A DNA stretch of 64,000 nucleotides from NCBI RefSeq assembly GCF_009914755.1, contig NC_060947.1; one strand, 5' to 3'. This DNA is from the human T2T-CHM13v2.0 reference genome, Homo sapiens. The first letter of the stretch is position 1; every line of letters begins with the position of its first letter. This document shows, piece by piece, positions 1 to 14,360 of the stretch. The translations under genes and the position numbers were made by a program. The notes under the pieces were generated by a model. It had not been told where the DNA came from. It did no database searches and was given only the letters and a program-made list of their open reading frames with translations.

Positions 1-10
1 ACTGTGAGGT

Positions 11-183
11 CATGTACTCATTGAGCTGTGAGAACTCCAGAAGGACCAAATTTTGCTAATGATGGGTATTTTTTAGTACTTTCACATTCAGACAGCTGTA
101 AATCCCAGGCCAAATGATTCAAAGATGTCTATCAGTAGCAAAAGCTGGCCCTTCAGGAGTTCTCACAGCTCATTGAGTGCATG
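11..183. repeat. Imperfect inverted repeat (about 70-bp arms), MITE-like
   Basis: 11-38 catgtactcattgagctgtgagaactcc versus reverse complement of 156-183 catgcactcaatgagctgtgagaactcc (2 mismatches); pairing continues inward with more mismatches. Confidence 0.85.
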
Positions 184-698
184 GCAGAATCCTGTTCCCA
201 AAAGCAGATTTTTGAAAAGCTTAGTGACAAAGAGGAAGTGATGGAAGTGATTATGCAGGAAACTGACTTTATGAAATGGGAAATCCCCAAGTCTGAGATG
301 TTTAGGAAAGTGCTGGAAGCTCAACTTGAGGATGTCATTGCTGAGACTTCAAAGGAACATAGACTTGGTGATCACAGACAGAACGTCTCTGAACAAACAG
401 AATGTTAGCTTCAGGTCTCACAATAAAGCAAGAAAGCCAGTAACCAGGTGCCACTTTAGAATATCGCAAGATATTTCTAAAACAAAATAGTAATTTGAAG
501 AGGAAGTATTACTTTATAAATAGAAATGTGTCAGACATGAGGCCTCTCGTGTTTTAGAAGCAAAAAAACATGCATAAGAGGAGCTGCATGTTTCAGAATG
601 CCATTAGCAGCAAGATATATTAATGTTTAAGGAGAAATTATAAAAGTCTAAAGAAGAATGGCATAATGAAACAAAATGTGAGGCAGAAGACATGGTAA

Positions 699-700
<2 letters not shown>

Positions 701-734
<34 letters not shown>
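701..734. repeat. (GT)17 microsatellite
   Basis: Direct reading. Confidence 0.95.
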
Positions 735-737
<3 letters not shown>

Positions 738-2236
738 ATAAGGTATATGAAAAAGCAAGAGCAATAAGATGTGAAGAAAATGAGAAAATAACTGGTGAAA
801 ATGAAAGATTTGTTCTATTGTGGATAAATTAACAGCTCAAAATAGATAACATGAAAATGAGTTTAAGGATTTTGCAACTAAGAGTAGGCTGCCTGCTGGG
901 AAGCTTAGACTGCAGAAACTACTCAGGAGGTCAGTGATGAGAAACATTCCCCCGAGATAGTTTCAAGTTCTTAATTCTAAAATGACCGAGCTCATGACTC
1001 CCAGTTCTAGTTTGATATAGACAGTGCTGGGTTCACTCTGGAAAGATCATATTCAGAAGTTAGATATGGCAATAGTGTTAGAATTACAATCTGCTCCTGA
1101 GATAGGCAACTGGGCCTGACAGCAAGGTTCCAAAACCTACCGGGTGAAGAAATGATGACAAAGGATTTATGTGTTGGTATGTGATTGTATATTATTTTTG
1201 AGCTTGCATAAATACAGTGCTTTATATAAACTTACATCCTTGAAGTAGCTACAAGAAATTGTAGATAAAGAATTGTTGATAATGATCTTTCAAATCCATC
1301 ACAGTCATGAAAAACTTTTTTTTATTGTGGTAAAATATATATAACATAAAATTTACCATCTTAACTATTTTAAAGTGCATGATTCTATAGCATTAGGTAT
1401 AGTCACATTGTTGTTTAACCATCACCACCACTCATCTTCAAAATATTTTTATCTTCCCCAGCTAAAACCTTCATACTACTTAAACAATAACTACTCATTG
1501 GCCTCTCCTCTCAAACCTTGGAAACCATCATTCTATTGTTTTATGAATTTGACTACTCTAGGTACCTCCTATAAGTGGAACCATACAATATGTATCTTTT
1601 TGTGACTGCTCATTTCATTTACTATAGTGTCATCAAGATTCATCTGTGTTGTAGCATGTATAAGAATTTTCTTTTTTTTAAGGCTGAATAATATGCTATT
1701 TTATGTATAAACCACATTTTGTATATGTATTCATCTGTTGGTGGACATTTGGTTTGCTTCTACCTTTTGGATATTGTGAATAATGATGTTATCCACATGG
1801 GTATAAAAATATCTGCCCAAGTTTATTCTTTCACCTCTTTTGTACATGTATGTACCCAGAAGTGGAATTGCTATATATACTAATTACGTTTAATTACTTT
1901 GAGGACCCATCATACTGTTTCTTATAGTGGCTATACCATTTTACTATCCTGCAAGCAATACACAGGGTTCCACTTTCTCCACATCCTTACTAACAAGGAT
2001 GGGAAGGATGTATTTTATGTATTTGTTTTTAGTTTTTGTTGTTTTTGAGAGTAGCCTTTTTAATGAGTGTGAAGTGATATTTCATTATGGTTTGAATCTG
2101 TATTTCTCTAATGATTAGTGTTGTTAAACAACTTTCATATGTTTATAGGCCACTTTTATATTTTTGGAAAAATGTTTATTCAAGTCTTTTGCCCATTTTT
2201 ATCTGTGTTGTTATTGTTGTTAAGTTGTAGGAGTAC

Positions 2237-2813
2237 TTTTTTTTCCCACTTTTTTTATTATACTTTAAGTTTTAGAGTACATGTGCACAACGTGCAGGTT
2301 TGTTACATATGTATACATGTGCCATGTTGGTGTGCTGCACCCATTAACTCGTCATTTAGCATTAGGTATATCTCCTAATGCTATCCCTCCCCCCTCCCCC
2401 CACCCCACGACAGGCCCCGGAGTGTGATGTTCCCCTTCCTGTGTCCATGTGTTCTCATTGTTCAATTCCCACCTGTGAGTGAGAACATGCGGTGTTTGGT
2501 TTTTTGTCCTTGTGATAGTTTGCTGAGAATGATCGTTTCCAGCTTCATCCATGTCCCTACAAAGGACATGAACTCCTCATTTTTTATGGCTGCATAGTAT
2601 TCCATGGTGTATATGTGCCACATTTTCTTAATCCAGTCTATCATTGTTGGACATTTGGGTTGGTTCCAAGTCTTTGCTATTGTGAATAGTGCTGCAATAA
2701 ACATACGTGTGCATGTGTCTTTATAGCAGCACGATTTATAATCCTTTGGGTATATACATAGTAATGGGATGGCTGGGTCAAATGGTATTTCTAGCTCTAG
2801 ATCCCTGAGGAAT
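2237..2813 (-). mobile_element. Young 5'-truncated L1PA (L1PA3/4-like) 3' end
   Basis: ttattatactttaagtttt...gatccctgaggaatc; ORF2 C-terminus MFIAALFTIAKTWNQPKCP on the - strand. Confidence 0.92.
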
Positions 2814-4317
2814 CTTTAATATATTCTGTATATTAAATCCTTATCAAATATATAATTTGCAAATGTTTTCTCTCATTTCATAGGTTGCCTTTTCACTCTG
2901 TTAATACTTTCCTTTGATGCACAAAAATTTCTACTTTTGATGGTGCCCAACCTATAAACTTTTTCTTTTGTTGCCTGTGCTTTTGATGTCATATCCAGGA
3001 AACAATTGCTATATCCCATATCATAGTTTTATATATGGTATAAGATAATGATGCAACAACTTCTTCTTCTCCTTGTCCTCCTCCTCTTCTAACTCTTCTG
3101 TGGGTATCCAATTTTCCCAACAGTATTTGTTGAAAAAATTGTTCTTTCCCTATTGAATTGTCTTGACATCTCTTATTGAAAACCATTTAATCTTGTATAA
3201 TAGGATTTATTTGGAAGCTTTGTATTCTATTCCATTGGCATATATGTCTGTTATATTGCCAATACCACATTGTTTTGCTTTGTGTATCTTTGTAGTAAGT
3301 TTGGAAATCATGAAGTGTGAGACCTCAAATTTTGATCTTCTTTTTCAAGATTGCTTTGTCTACTTGGAGTCTGTTGAGATTCCATATGTATGTTAGGATG
3401 GATTTTTTTCTAATTTTGCAAAAAGAAACATTATTGGAATTTTGAAAGGATTGCATTGCATCTGAAGATCACTTTGGGTAGTACTTGCATCTTAAAATAT
3501 TAAGTCTCTTAATTCATAAACACAAAAATATCTTTTCATTCATTTGTATCTTCTTTACTTTCTTTCAGTAGTTTTATAGTTTTTACATTACAAGTCCTTT
3601 ACATCCTGGGTTAAGTTTATTTTAAATCATTTTATTCTTTTTGATATTGTTGTAGATGGAATTATTTTAATTTTCTTTTTGGATTCTTGAACTGTTAGTG
3701 TATATAAATGCAATTAGTTTTTTAGTGTTTATTGTGTATACTGCAACTTTGCTGAATTTGTTTATTAACTCCAAAAGTATTTGTGAAATCTTTAGGTCTT
3801 TCTATATACATGATCACCTCATCTGATAACAGAGATAATTTTACTTCTTCCTTTCCAATTTGCATGCCTTTTTAAATTTTTCTTGCTTAATTGCTCTGAC
3901 TAGGATTTCTACTACAATGGTGAATAGCAGTGAAAGCAGGCATCCTAGTCTTGTTCCTGAGCTTATGGGGAAAGCTTCCACTCTTTCATCACTGGGTATA
4001 ATTTTAGTCTTGGATTTTTTCATATACAATCTTTGTCATGTAGAAGAAATTTTCTTCTATTTCTAGTTTACAGTTTTTATCATGAAAGGGTATTGAATTT
4101 TGCCAAACACTTTTTCTGCAGCAACTGAGATTACTGACTGAATCCCTTTAATAGCTGTACTTCTGTTAGGATTTTCTATGTATTTATGATTCAATCCTGG
4201 TGGGCTGTGTTTTTCTTCGAGAATTTGTGTATTACATTTTGCTTATTTAATACATTGGCAAAGAATTGTTCATAGTGCTCTTATAAAATTCTTTTAATTT
4301 CCCTTTAAAATAGGTGG

Positions 4318-4743
4318 TAGTATAGTTTGAATATGTGTCCCTGCCCAAATCTCATACTGAAACGTAATTCCCAATGCTGGAGGTGGGGACTGGTGGGAGG
4401 TGCTTAGATCATGGGGGCAGTTTCTCATTAATGGTTTAGTACCATGCTCTTTGGTGCTGTCCTTGTGATACTGAGTAAGTTCTTGTGAGATCTGGTCGTT
4501 TAAAAGTGTGTAGCACATTCCCCCTTGTTCTCTTAATCATACTGTGGCTATGTGTCATGCCTGCTCTCCCTTTGACTTCTGCAATGATTGTAAGTTTCCT
4601 GAGGCCTCTTCAGAAGCTGAGCATGTGTCAGCATCATGCTTCCTGTACAGTCTTCAGAACTGTGAGCCAATTAAATCTCTTTTATTTATAAATTTTCCAG
4701 TCTCTGGTATTTCTTTAGAGCAATGCAGGAACAAACTAATACA
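4318..4743 (+). mobile_element. MaLR solo LTR (MST family)
   Basis: tatagtttgaatatgtgtccctgcccaaatctcat ... cagaactgtgagccaattaaa ... aactaataca. Confidence 0.85.
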
Positions 4744-5194
4744 GACAGTAATGCCTCTTCTTTGATTGCATACTTAAGTTGTTTGCGTAATCTCTCTTTT
4801 TGTCTTAGTTTAGCTGAAGATTTGTCATTTTGTTTGATCTTTTTCGAGAACCAACTCTTTGTTTTCTTGATTTTCTCTGTTGTTTTTCTATTTTCTATTG
4901 GATTTATTTCTGCTCTAATCTTTAATATTTCCTTCCTTCTGCTAACTTTTGGTTTAATTTATTATTATTTCTATTTCCTTAAAGTCTAAAATTAGGTTGT
5001 TACCTTGAGATATTTCTTCTTTTTTAATATAAGTGCTTCCAGTTTTAAGTTTTCCTCTTAGCACTGGTCTCACTGAATCCCATGAGTTTTGGGATTTGTG
5101 ATTTCATTTTCATCTGATTCAAAATATTTTCTAATTCTCCTTTTGACTTATTTGAATCATTGTTTTTTATGAGCTTTAACCATTGGCTCTTTAA

Positions 5195-5614
<420 letters not shown>

Positions 5615-6189
5615 TAAATGTATTAAGACTTGTTTTATGCCCTAGCATGTGGCCTATCCTGAAGAATGTTCCATGTGTACTTGAGAAAATGTATATTCTG
5701 CTGTTCTTGGGTGGAGTGTTCGCTATATGTTTGTTTAGTCTAATTGTTCTGTAGTCTTGTTCAGGTCCTATATTCTCTTATTGATCTTTCTGGTTTTTCT
5801 ATTTTTTGTTTAAAGTAGGGTATTGAAATCTCCCACTATTATGGTAGAGTTGTCTCTTTATTCAATTTTGTAAACATTTGCTTCATATATTTAGGTACTG
5901 TAATACTTACATAAGTAATAGAAAAAAACATGAAAGAAAGAATGCTTTATTTTTTTAGTGATCCCACAGTCTTCGACTCAGACAAACCAGATGCAAATAA
6001 AGGCTGCAACTTAAAGCAAACACTAGTAGGTGTAGTTTGTCCTTTGTGACTTTACTATCCCAAAGTCTATCTCCACACTGAGGACATCATTACTTGCTCT
6101 ATTTGGGTTGCTTTTTCTTTCTACCTCTATTGGCACCAAATAGAGTATATAAAGAGAACTTATTAGACATAATTTTACCATAGAATTGA

Positions 6190-6875
6190 GGAGTGTGCTT
6201 CTTGTATTTACATAAAGGAATTGAAAACTATGTTCATACAAAAACATCCATACAGATATTTATAGCAGCCTTATTCATAGTTGCTAAAACACAGAAGCAG
6301 CCAAGGTAGGTTGTGGTAGGTGAACGATAAACCATCGTAGATCCAGACAATAGAATATTATATAGTGCTAAAAAGAAATAAGCTATAAAATCATGAAAAG
6401 ACATAAAAGAAACTTACATGTATATTACTAAGTGAAAGAAGTCAATCTAAGAAGACTACATACTGTATGATTCCAGCTATATGACATTCTGGACAAGATA
6501 AAACTATGGAGACAGTTAAAATATCAATGGTTGCCAGAGGTTAGTGGGGAGGAAGAGATATACAGAGAGCAGATGATTTTCAGAGCAGTGAAAATACTCT
6601 GTATTATACTAGAATGATACATACACATCATTATTCATTAGTCCAAACCCATAGAATGTACAAGAACCAAGAGGGTACTGTAATGTAAATTATGGACTTT
6701 GAGTGATAATGACATGTCAATCTAAGCTCATCAATTGTAACGAGTGTACTGCTCGGGTGTGGGATATTGATAGTAGGGGATGTTGATAGTGAGGAAAGCT
6801 GTACAAGTGTGGGGGCACAGAAACACCCGTGTCTTTTGGTTGATTTTGCTGTGAACCTAAAACTGCCCTGAAAAA
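6190..6875 (+). mobile_element. Old L1 (L1MC/MD-like) 3' end
   Basis: ttatagcagccttattcata...aagtgaaagaagtcaatct...ctgtgaacctaaaactgc. Confidence 0.75.
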
Positions 6876-8354
6876 TCAAGCCCCCAAATTGCATTTGTTG
6901 AAAAATTTTTCTTTCCTACTACGCTGACCTTCATCAGCAAATGGCCCCTTGCTTACCCTAAATCTGGGACAGAGTACACATATGGATTGTCTACAATAAA
7001 TATGAACTAATAGATTAAAAACAATAAATGAATTTAATTTATTTCATAACAATTCTGTGATAAAAAGGAAACTTCTGAGAAATTTCTTGCTGAAAGATGT
7101 CATTTGTCTCAATGAGATCAGAGGTGAAATACCTAAAGACAAGAAAAGTAAGATCAACTTTGGAGAGGTGAGAAGAAAAGGAGGATCTGATTATATTCAT
7201 TGTGAGAAACTAGATAAGCAGTTAACAAGACACCAGTAAGAGGACCTGCCACTATTAAGATTCCAAGGAACTCATGACTTTGGTTCCTTATTTACTTAAG
7301 TGCATGGAAAAGCCTTTCATTGCTCATCTATAATTTACAAAGTTTCTAAATTGTTTCCAATGGTTCTACTTTATCCTAAACCTACTGAGGGTTGAAACAG
7401 TTTAATGGAATTTGAGGTAATTAAAAGAAAAGTAAGGAATTTCAGGTAAGAGAAAATTTTAAGGCTAAAGAGAAACACTCAACAAAAATAAAAGAAAACT
7501 TTTGAATACAATCATACTCCTCCAAGAGAATATTTCCAGTTCTCCTCATCATCCTATTTGCTTCCCAGACCTCAACACATTGGCTCAGTGAAGTCTATTC
7601 ATGCCCCTCTTAAAGGCAGTTGTACTCTTCATCTCAGAAGGCACTTAGTCCACATTAGTATTCAGAAAAACCATTTCCTTCTTCACTTATTTTATATTTC
7701 GTGTTATATTTTTGGTAGGAGATTAGATCACACTGGAATTAGAAACCAAAGCATAGAAAAGATTTTCATCAAAATTGTTATTTTTGTAGGAAATTTCATA
7801 CTTGATCACAGTCAACATAAAAGTTCATTTCTTCAAAAAATTTTGACATATGTGAGACTTGTTCTAAAACTCCCCTTCATGATATAATGCATTTTATTTT
7901 GATATATTATTTGGATTTTAGGGGGCATTATCATAAAAACAATGAATACTCAGTAAACTGTTTTGGAAAGGTAAAAATAACCACAATTTACAGTCTTTTT
8001 CTCATGCATACCCACATATAATGGTTTTTAATTGTGTGCTATATGTGCACTTGCCTGAACTTCTATATATTGGTAATTTTCTTAGTAACTGCTTGTCAAA
8101 ACTGCCAATTAATGTTTACCTAATGTTGTATTATATACTTTTACTTTGTTTAGCCATTCAAAAATGTTTCCCATTTTAAAATTTTCAAATGTCCTATTCA
8201 GATTTAAATCTAATTACCACTTTATAATTGGTTTAGGGCAAAATAAATGTTCATATATATTATATTTAAAATTTTTATTTTAATATTGTCTACTAAAAAA
8301 TAAGTTATCAAATTATTTAATCATATTTCTATAAAATACGATTTCTCAGTCAGC

Positions 8355-8513
8355 AGATGACAAAAAATAATCAATATCAGAGCTGAAGTGAGTGAATTTG
8401 AGATGTGAAAAACCATACAAAAGATCAATCGTCTGTACACCAAACTCCCATGACATGCAAATTACCTGTATAACAAACCTGCACATGTACCCCTGAAATT
8501 GAAAGTTAAAAAA
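8355..8513 (+). mobile_element. Short composite L1: ORF2 fragment fused to the L1P 3' terminus
   Basis: atcagagctgaagtgagtgaatttgag...aaagatcaat joined to ctgtacaccaaactcccatgac...acctgcacatgtacccctgaa. Confidence 0.65.
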
Positions 8514-8790
8514 CGAAGTATAGTAAATACCAGAAAAATAGAAAAAAGCACAATGATATGATTTCCCTTCTATAAGTTTAATAAGAATCAGAAATATTCA
8601 TCTAATTAGTTAACAATTAAGAAAAGTCTCCATTGGGATTAGTTAAACCAATGTGATTCTTTTCAAAATCATGGATAAGTAATTGAGAAATTGGTTTTGA
8701 GTTGAAGTCTGCTGCTATTTAGCTATCATTGGACAACTCATTTATGCCGTTAATTTTATTGTATATGTAATGAGAAAATTTGATTAAATC

Positions 8791-9003
<213 letters not shown>

Positions 9004-9189
9004 GGAAAAGAATGCTTATAAGCAGTTCATACTGGTACATTTAGAAATCCTTAAAATATATATGACTAATTTGGCAGCTAACTACTCTTTACTTTTAATA
9101 TGATAATTGTATACACATGGCAACAGAAAGTCAATTTTAAAACCTCAAAATTTGAACTTCGGTTATACATTTCATTGGTTTTTCCTCTA

Positions 9190-10130
9190 TCGGTCATGAT
9201 TTTAAAAGTTTTATTGCTTAAACATGCATTTAAACAAAAGAATACATGTAACTTATAATTTATAAGTAAGCTAAAAGTCATAGTAATAAAATGAATACCC
9301 ATGAATCCCACTATTCAAGTGAATTAAATAATATTCCTAGTACTTCTGCATTTTTCCCTTGGTGCTCTTGCTCAATCTTATTCTCTTATACCCCTGAACA
9401 TCAACATTCTGGATTTTTGTGTAATCATGTCTTTTCTTTATTTTTGTATCTTTATTTAGGCATATATTTCTAATTATAAATATGCTTGACCTTGTACCTT
9501 TTGTTGTTTTGTAAAATGTTATCATACCATACCATAATATATGTGGTCTTCTGTGACTCATTTTTTTAAACTGAATATTATGTTGCTATGATTCATGACA
9601 TCACTGTTACTTTAGCTGAGGTTCATTAACTTTCACAGATATATAATATCTGAATGTACATAAATATCCTTAATATCCCTTCACTTGTCAAAGGAAGCTT
9701 GTGTGCTTCCAGATTGGCTATTTTGAATAATGCTACTATGAAATAAAATGGAACGTTCCTTGTTTTGCACATGTAGGAGAGTTTTCTTCAGATATACTTA
9801 GAAGTGGAAATGCTGGTCTGTAGGATTCACAAACATTACACTTGCATAATACTACCTGGTGTGGTTGTATCCACCAAGAATATGGCAAATAGTCACCAAC
9901 ATTTGGTATTATTGGGGTTAACTTTTGCCTAAGGCAAGTAAGTAAAATAATATATCACTGTAGTCTTAATCTTCTTTTCTAAGTTTACAAAAAAAATTAG
10001 TTATATTTTTGTTTATTTATTTACATCAATATTCCTGTTGTTAAATATCTGTTCATGGTTTTGCCAACTTTTCTACAGAATTGTTTGATCTTTTTGTTCT
10101 GATTACTTCTTATCAATTCATTATTTTATA
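9190..10130 (-). mobile_element. Very old L1 (L1ME-like) relic
   Basis: Degenerate motifs such as ttttgaataatgctactatgaa and atatacttagaagtggaaatgctgg. Confidence 0.6.
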
Positions 10131-10521
10131 TTTAGCACCTTCTAATGGCAGGTTTGAGAAATTCTTCCCTACTACTTAATCCTTCAAAAGTGGATTTTTG
10201 TGTATAGTGTGATGCAGGGATCTTGAGGTTGTAATGATGACAGGGTAACCTCCACAGGTATCTCTGCATAGGGCATCTTCCTTTAGTCAGGGGTGATCCT
10301 CTGGAGAAGGGGACAGGCATAACCTGTCAGGAGCCAACATCCACAACTGAGGCATGCATGGAAAAGCCCTGTAATGGGGATCTGGGTGTGCTCAAAGAGT
10401 GTATGCAAGAAATAGGGAACCTAATGTCACCTTATAAATAAGCCTAGTTGTGAAGAATACCAAATAAGTTATTATAACCCTCCTTTAAATAGAAAAATTA
10501 GTATGAAAAATGGCATGCAAC

Positions 10522-10822
<301 letters not shown>

Positions 10823-13675
10823 TCAACATTCTTATTCAGGTATGGGCTATCAAGTATTAAATGACTGAGCTAGACACTTTAAATAAAAGACGAACATCAG
10901 TATAGACTTTCTAAACAACAACAACAAAAATTTCCTACATGTTATTTTCCAACTTTTTCCTGCTGTTACTTTGTTGCAGCCTGCTTAAAGTAACTACTTG
11001 TCAATGCTCTCACTCTCTCAAGTTTATTACAAGAAAAAATGACATATCTGTATGTAGTGGTGGCTGTCAACTTGATAATTTCCCAAGCTGTGTGCACCCT
11101 GGGTGTCAGATTTTCCTAACATTGAGGCTATTTACATGAGAACTAAGAAGCTTCTCAGAACAAGATTATACAAGAAGGGTGAGAATCTAGCCACATGAAT
11201 TGAATTCAAGAAGAATGGCTTATATTCGGAAGGGGTTGGAGATTTGGATAGAACTCAATGCGAATAACACATATACCACCCATCCCCAGTCTTCTGATCC
11301 CTGTGGCAGTCCAAAGTAACAATGAAGGGGAAGTATAAATTTAAAAAAAAATAATAACCTCACCCAAACTCTAAAGATATTGAGAGTATAAGGCTGCCAT
11401 GCTCTACAGCCAGTATAACAGGGCCAGTCAGAGTGGGGACAAAGTATATCAGCTCCCATTCAGGGTAATATTAATGGCAAGGGTTGCATCTGCAAGCCAG
11501 AGGGAATAGAAGTGAACTCCAAGACCTTGACCACGGCATGGCACAGGAAGTCCATATCACAGCCAGATTATGGAAGGATAAAATGACAGAACAGGAGTGT
11601 AATTAGTTGCCAATTCAGGCTGGAAGAAAACAGCAGATGCTATGGGGATAGCCCAAAGAACAGGTGTAATTGGAAGGTATTTTAAGTCAGTTAGAGATTC
11701 ACATTCCTCAATTACTAGAGGAAAAGAGAAAGTAAACAAGCTGTTTTCTGTGCTTTTTATGACCCTATATTTACCCTCAAGCTCTTGTAACCTAGGGGTA
11801 AGAAGGCAAAAGTATTTTCATAATATCTGTGAATCATGGTTTGAACGTAAGTGGGAGACCGTATAAAGAGGCTGTGGGTGAATCAGATTTAAGGAAAATC
11901 AAGTAGTAGGACTAGAAAAGTACATTTTAATTTAAAAAGCAAAACAGTACTGTCGAAAGTTGTTAAGTAGGAAACCGTTCTCGTCCAAGACTTTGATTCT
12001 ATTTTCTAAAACAAACAACTGGAGCAATTTTGATTCATCTGAAGCGCACAGATGCACAGAAATACCTCTAGTTTCCATTCTTTTAAAACAATATCTTAGT
12101 GGGAAAAGATTGCTGCAGTTTGTAACATAAATGATAACGATCAATTTCTCAAAATCCTAAAATGAGTTACAATTATATGTTAAATAATGTCCAGGATGTT
12201 AATCTGTAGCAATAGCACTGAGATTGGTGAAAAACGGGGGGGCCAAACAGATAAATGGATCCTGACTGTAGGATTTTTTTCTTGCCTACTCATCACTATG
12301 GTAACCAACATATTTTATTATAACAACTTCCCATGCTGTCGTGTTCCCTGCTGACCTATTTCTTCAACACTTCACTACCAGACTAATTTTTTGAAAATGT
12401 ACTATAAATCTTTCAGTTCCTTGCTCAAGAACTTAAAATGGCTTCCTGCTGCCTATGAAAAAGTTATGGCAATTAAATGGCTCAACAATTTCTAAGGTCA
12501 TTTATTTTCCATTGCCCAATTTCTAATCTTCATGACCACCAAGCCCTTTGCCAAGTTACTTCTATCTATTCCACTGTTAGGACTGCTTAAAAACTTTTGC
12601 CTAACCTGTTTCCTCCATCTTCCACATCGTGTCCAAACTTTAAACTCTGCCTTTTTCAGTAGACCATCTCTGATAAATCGTGCTCTTTCTTCTCTGTACT
12701 TCTGCTACAGTTTTAAGAAAATATCATGCACAGTAGCAACTAAATATTCTGAGTGTTTGAAGTGTATTTTACTTATACACTCAGTTCTTTAAAGGCAAGT
12801 GGAGAGCAAGGACAAGGACTGTATCTTGTACATTTATGGTGATCTACATGAAACTCAACACCATACATGCTCCATTAGATACACACAGAAAGTAGCTGTT
12901 TTTCTGGGCTTTCAGTGCTGACACACCTTACATTTAATCTCAGCTTTCTTTTGCTCTTCTAGTGGCATTATATCTCCACGTCACAGTTTCCTCAAAATCA
13001 AAATGAGCACAAGAGCTATTTTTATCCTAGAATACAATGAGATAATGTATGTCTGATAAATAGTGAGTTTTTAATAAATTCACTATTATTAACCTATAAA
13101 GACAGAATTTAAAGCATTGTTTTTGAAAGCTTGGTCCAGCAGCAGGTGGGGAAACGTGTTTTCTACATTTCCATCAATGGCTTACTATATAAACATATCA
13201 TGTTGCTCAAGGATGCTATGGGTACAGAATATGACAGAGATGAGAAGAATGGAAGTAGTTATCTGCTTATATAATCTGATGTGAGTCAACCTTCTCCACT
13301 GAAAAATTATAATTCTTAGAACTGACTCCAGCTTAACCTCTAATCCACCCTATTCGTAAGATTCACTATCTTTGGAAACTGGAAAAAAATTTAGAAGGCA
13401 CTTGCCATAATTCAGGCCAAATCTGTCAAAAACTGAAAATAGGAGATAAAATTAGGGATAGACATAAGGAATGAAACCAGAAAAGTTAATGAAAGAAGAG
13501 AAGACAGGATTTGGCATTCCAAAAATATTGCATTGGTGTAGCTAAGAGATTAGCATTAAGCTAAAGGAAATATTTATTACCTTGATTACAAAATTTAAAA
13601 AGCTCCCCAGAATATTGTGACATTCAAGTCTTGGATTATATCCTAGAAATAAAGGACAGCTTTTACAGCAGTCAC

Positions 13676-13915
13676 ATAATAGTAATAAAAGAAGATATTA
13701 TTGCTGAGCTATCGCTCTGTTCCAAGTCTGTGCAGTCTTTTGGAATTCTCAAAACAACTCTATGATGCAGTCACTACTATTACTCTCTATTATAGGAGAA
13801 GAAACAAGGCTTAGAGAGGTCTAGTAATTTTCCTAAAGTCAGAGAGCTGGTAAATGTCACAGGCAGGATTTGATTCTGGGCCAGGCCTGCTCCAAAGATC
13901 ACGCGCTAAACTGCA
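13676..13915 (-). mobile_element. MIR
   Basis: Core gaagaaacaaggcttagagaggtctagtaattttcctaaagtcagagagctggtaaatg. Confidence 0.8.
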
Positions 13916-14054
13916 GTTATTACACTTCTCAAGTCACATCAGAAGGTTGGCTCAAATGGAGATGGTGATGCCCCACGCTTCATGGATTATTCAATTTTCT
14001 CTACTTAATCTTTAGGTGACTTTAAAGGCTTTATTTGCATGCAAGTTTTTCAAG

Positions 14055-14360
14055 TAACAACAGCAACTAATTTAACAAGAACATTTATTGAGAACTTACT
14101 GGGTGCCAGAGACTATTCTAGGTACTTTTTCTAAATATTTTTTAAACTTCGCAGTCATCCTCTGATGTAAGCATTAATCATCATCATCATCATCATCATC
14201 ACCACCACCATCACCATTACTACTATCATCATCATTATCTATGCTTACCAGATAAGGAAATTGAGGCACAGTGAGGTAACTGTCATTGCCAAGTGTTAAT
14301 TCACAGTTAGTGGTGGTACCAGCATTTAAACCCTGGCAGGCTGATCACCAGACTTGTGCT
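14055..14360 (-). mobile_element. MIR containing an (ATC)n(ACC)n tract at about 14177-14238
   Basis: acatttattgagaacttactgggtgccag...cagataaggaaattgaggcacagtgagg. Confidence 0.8.
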
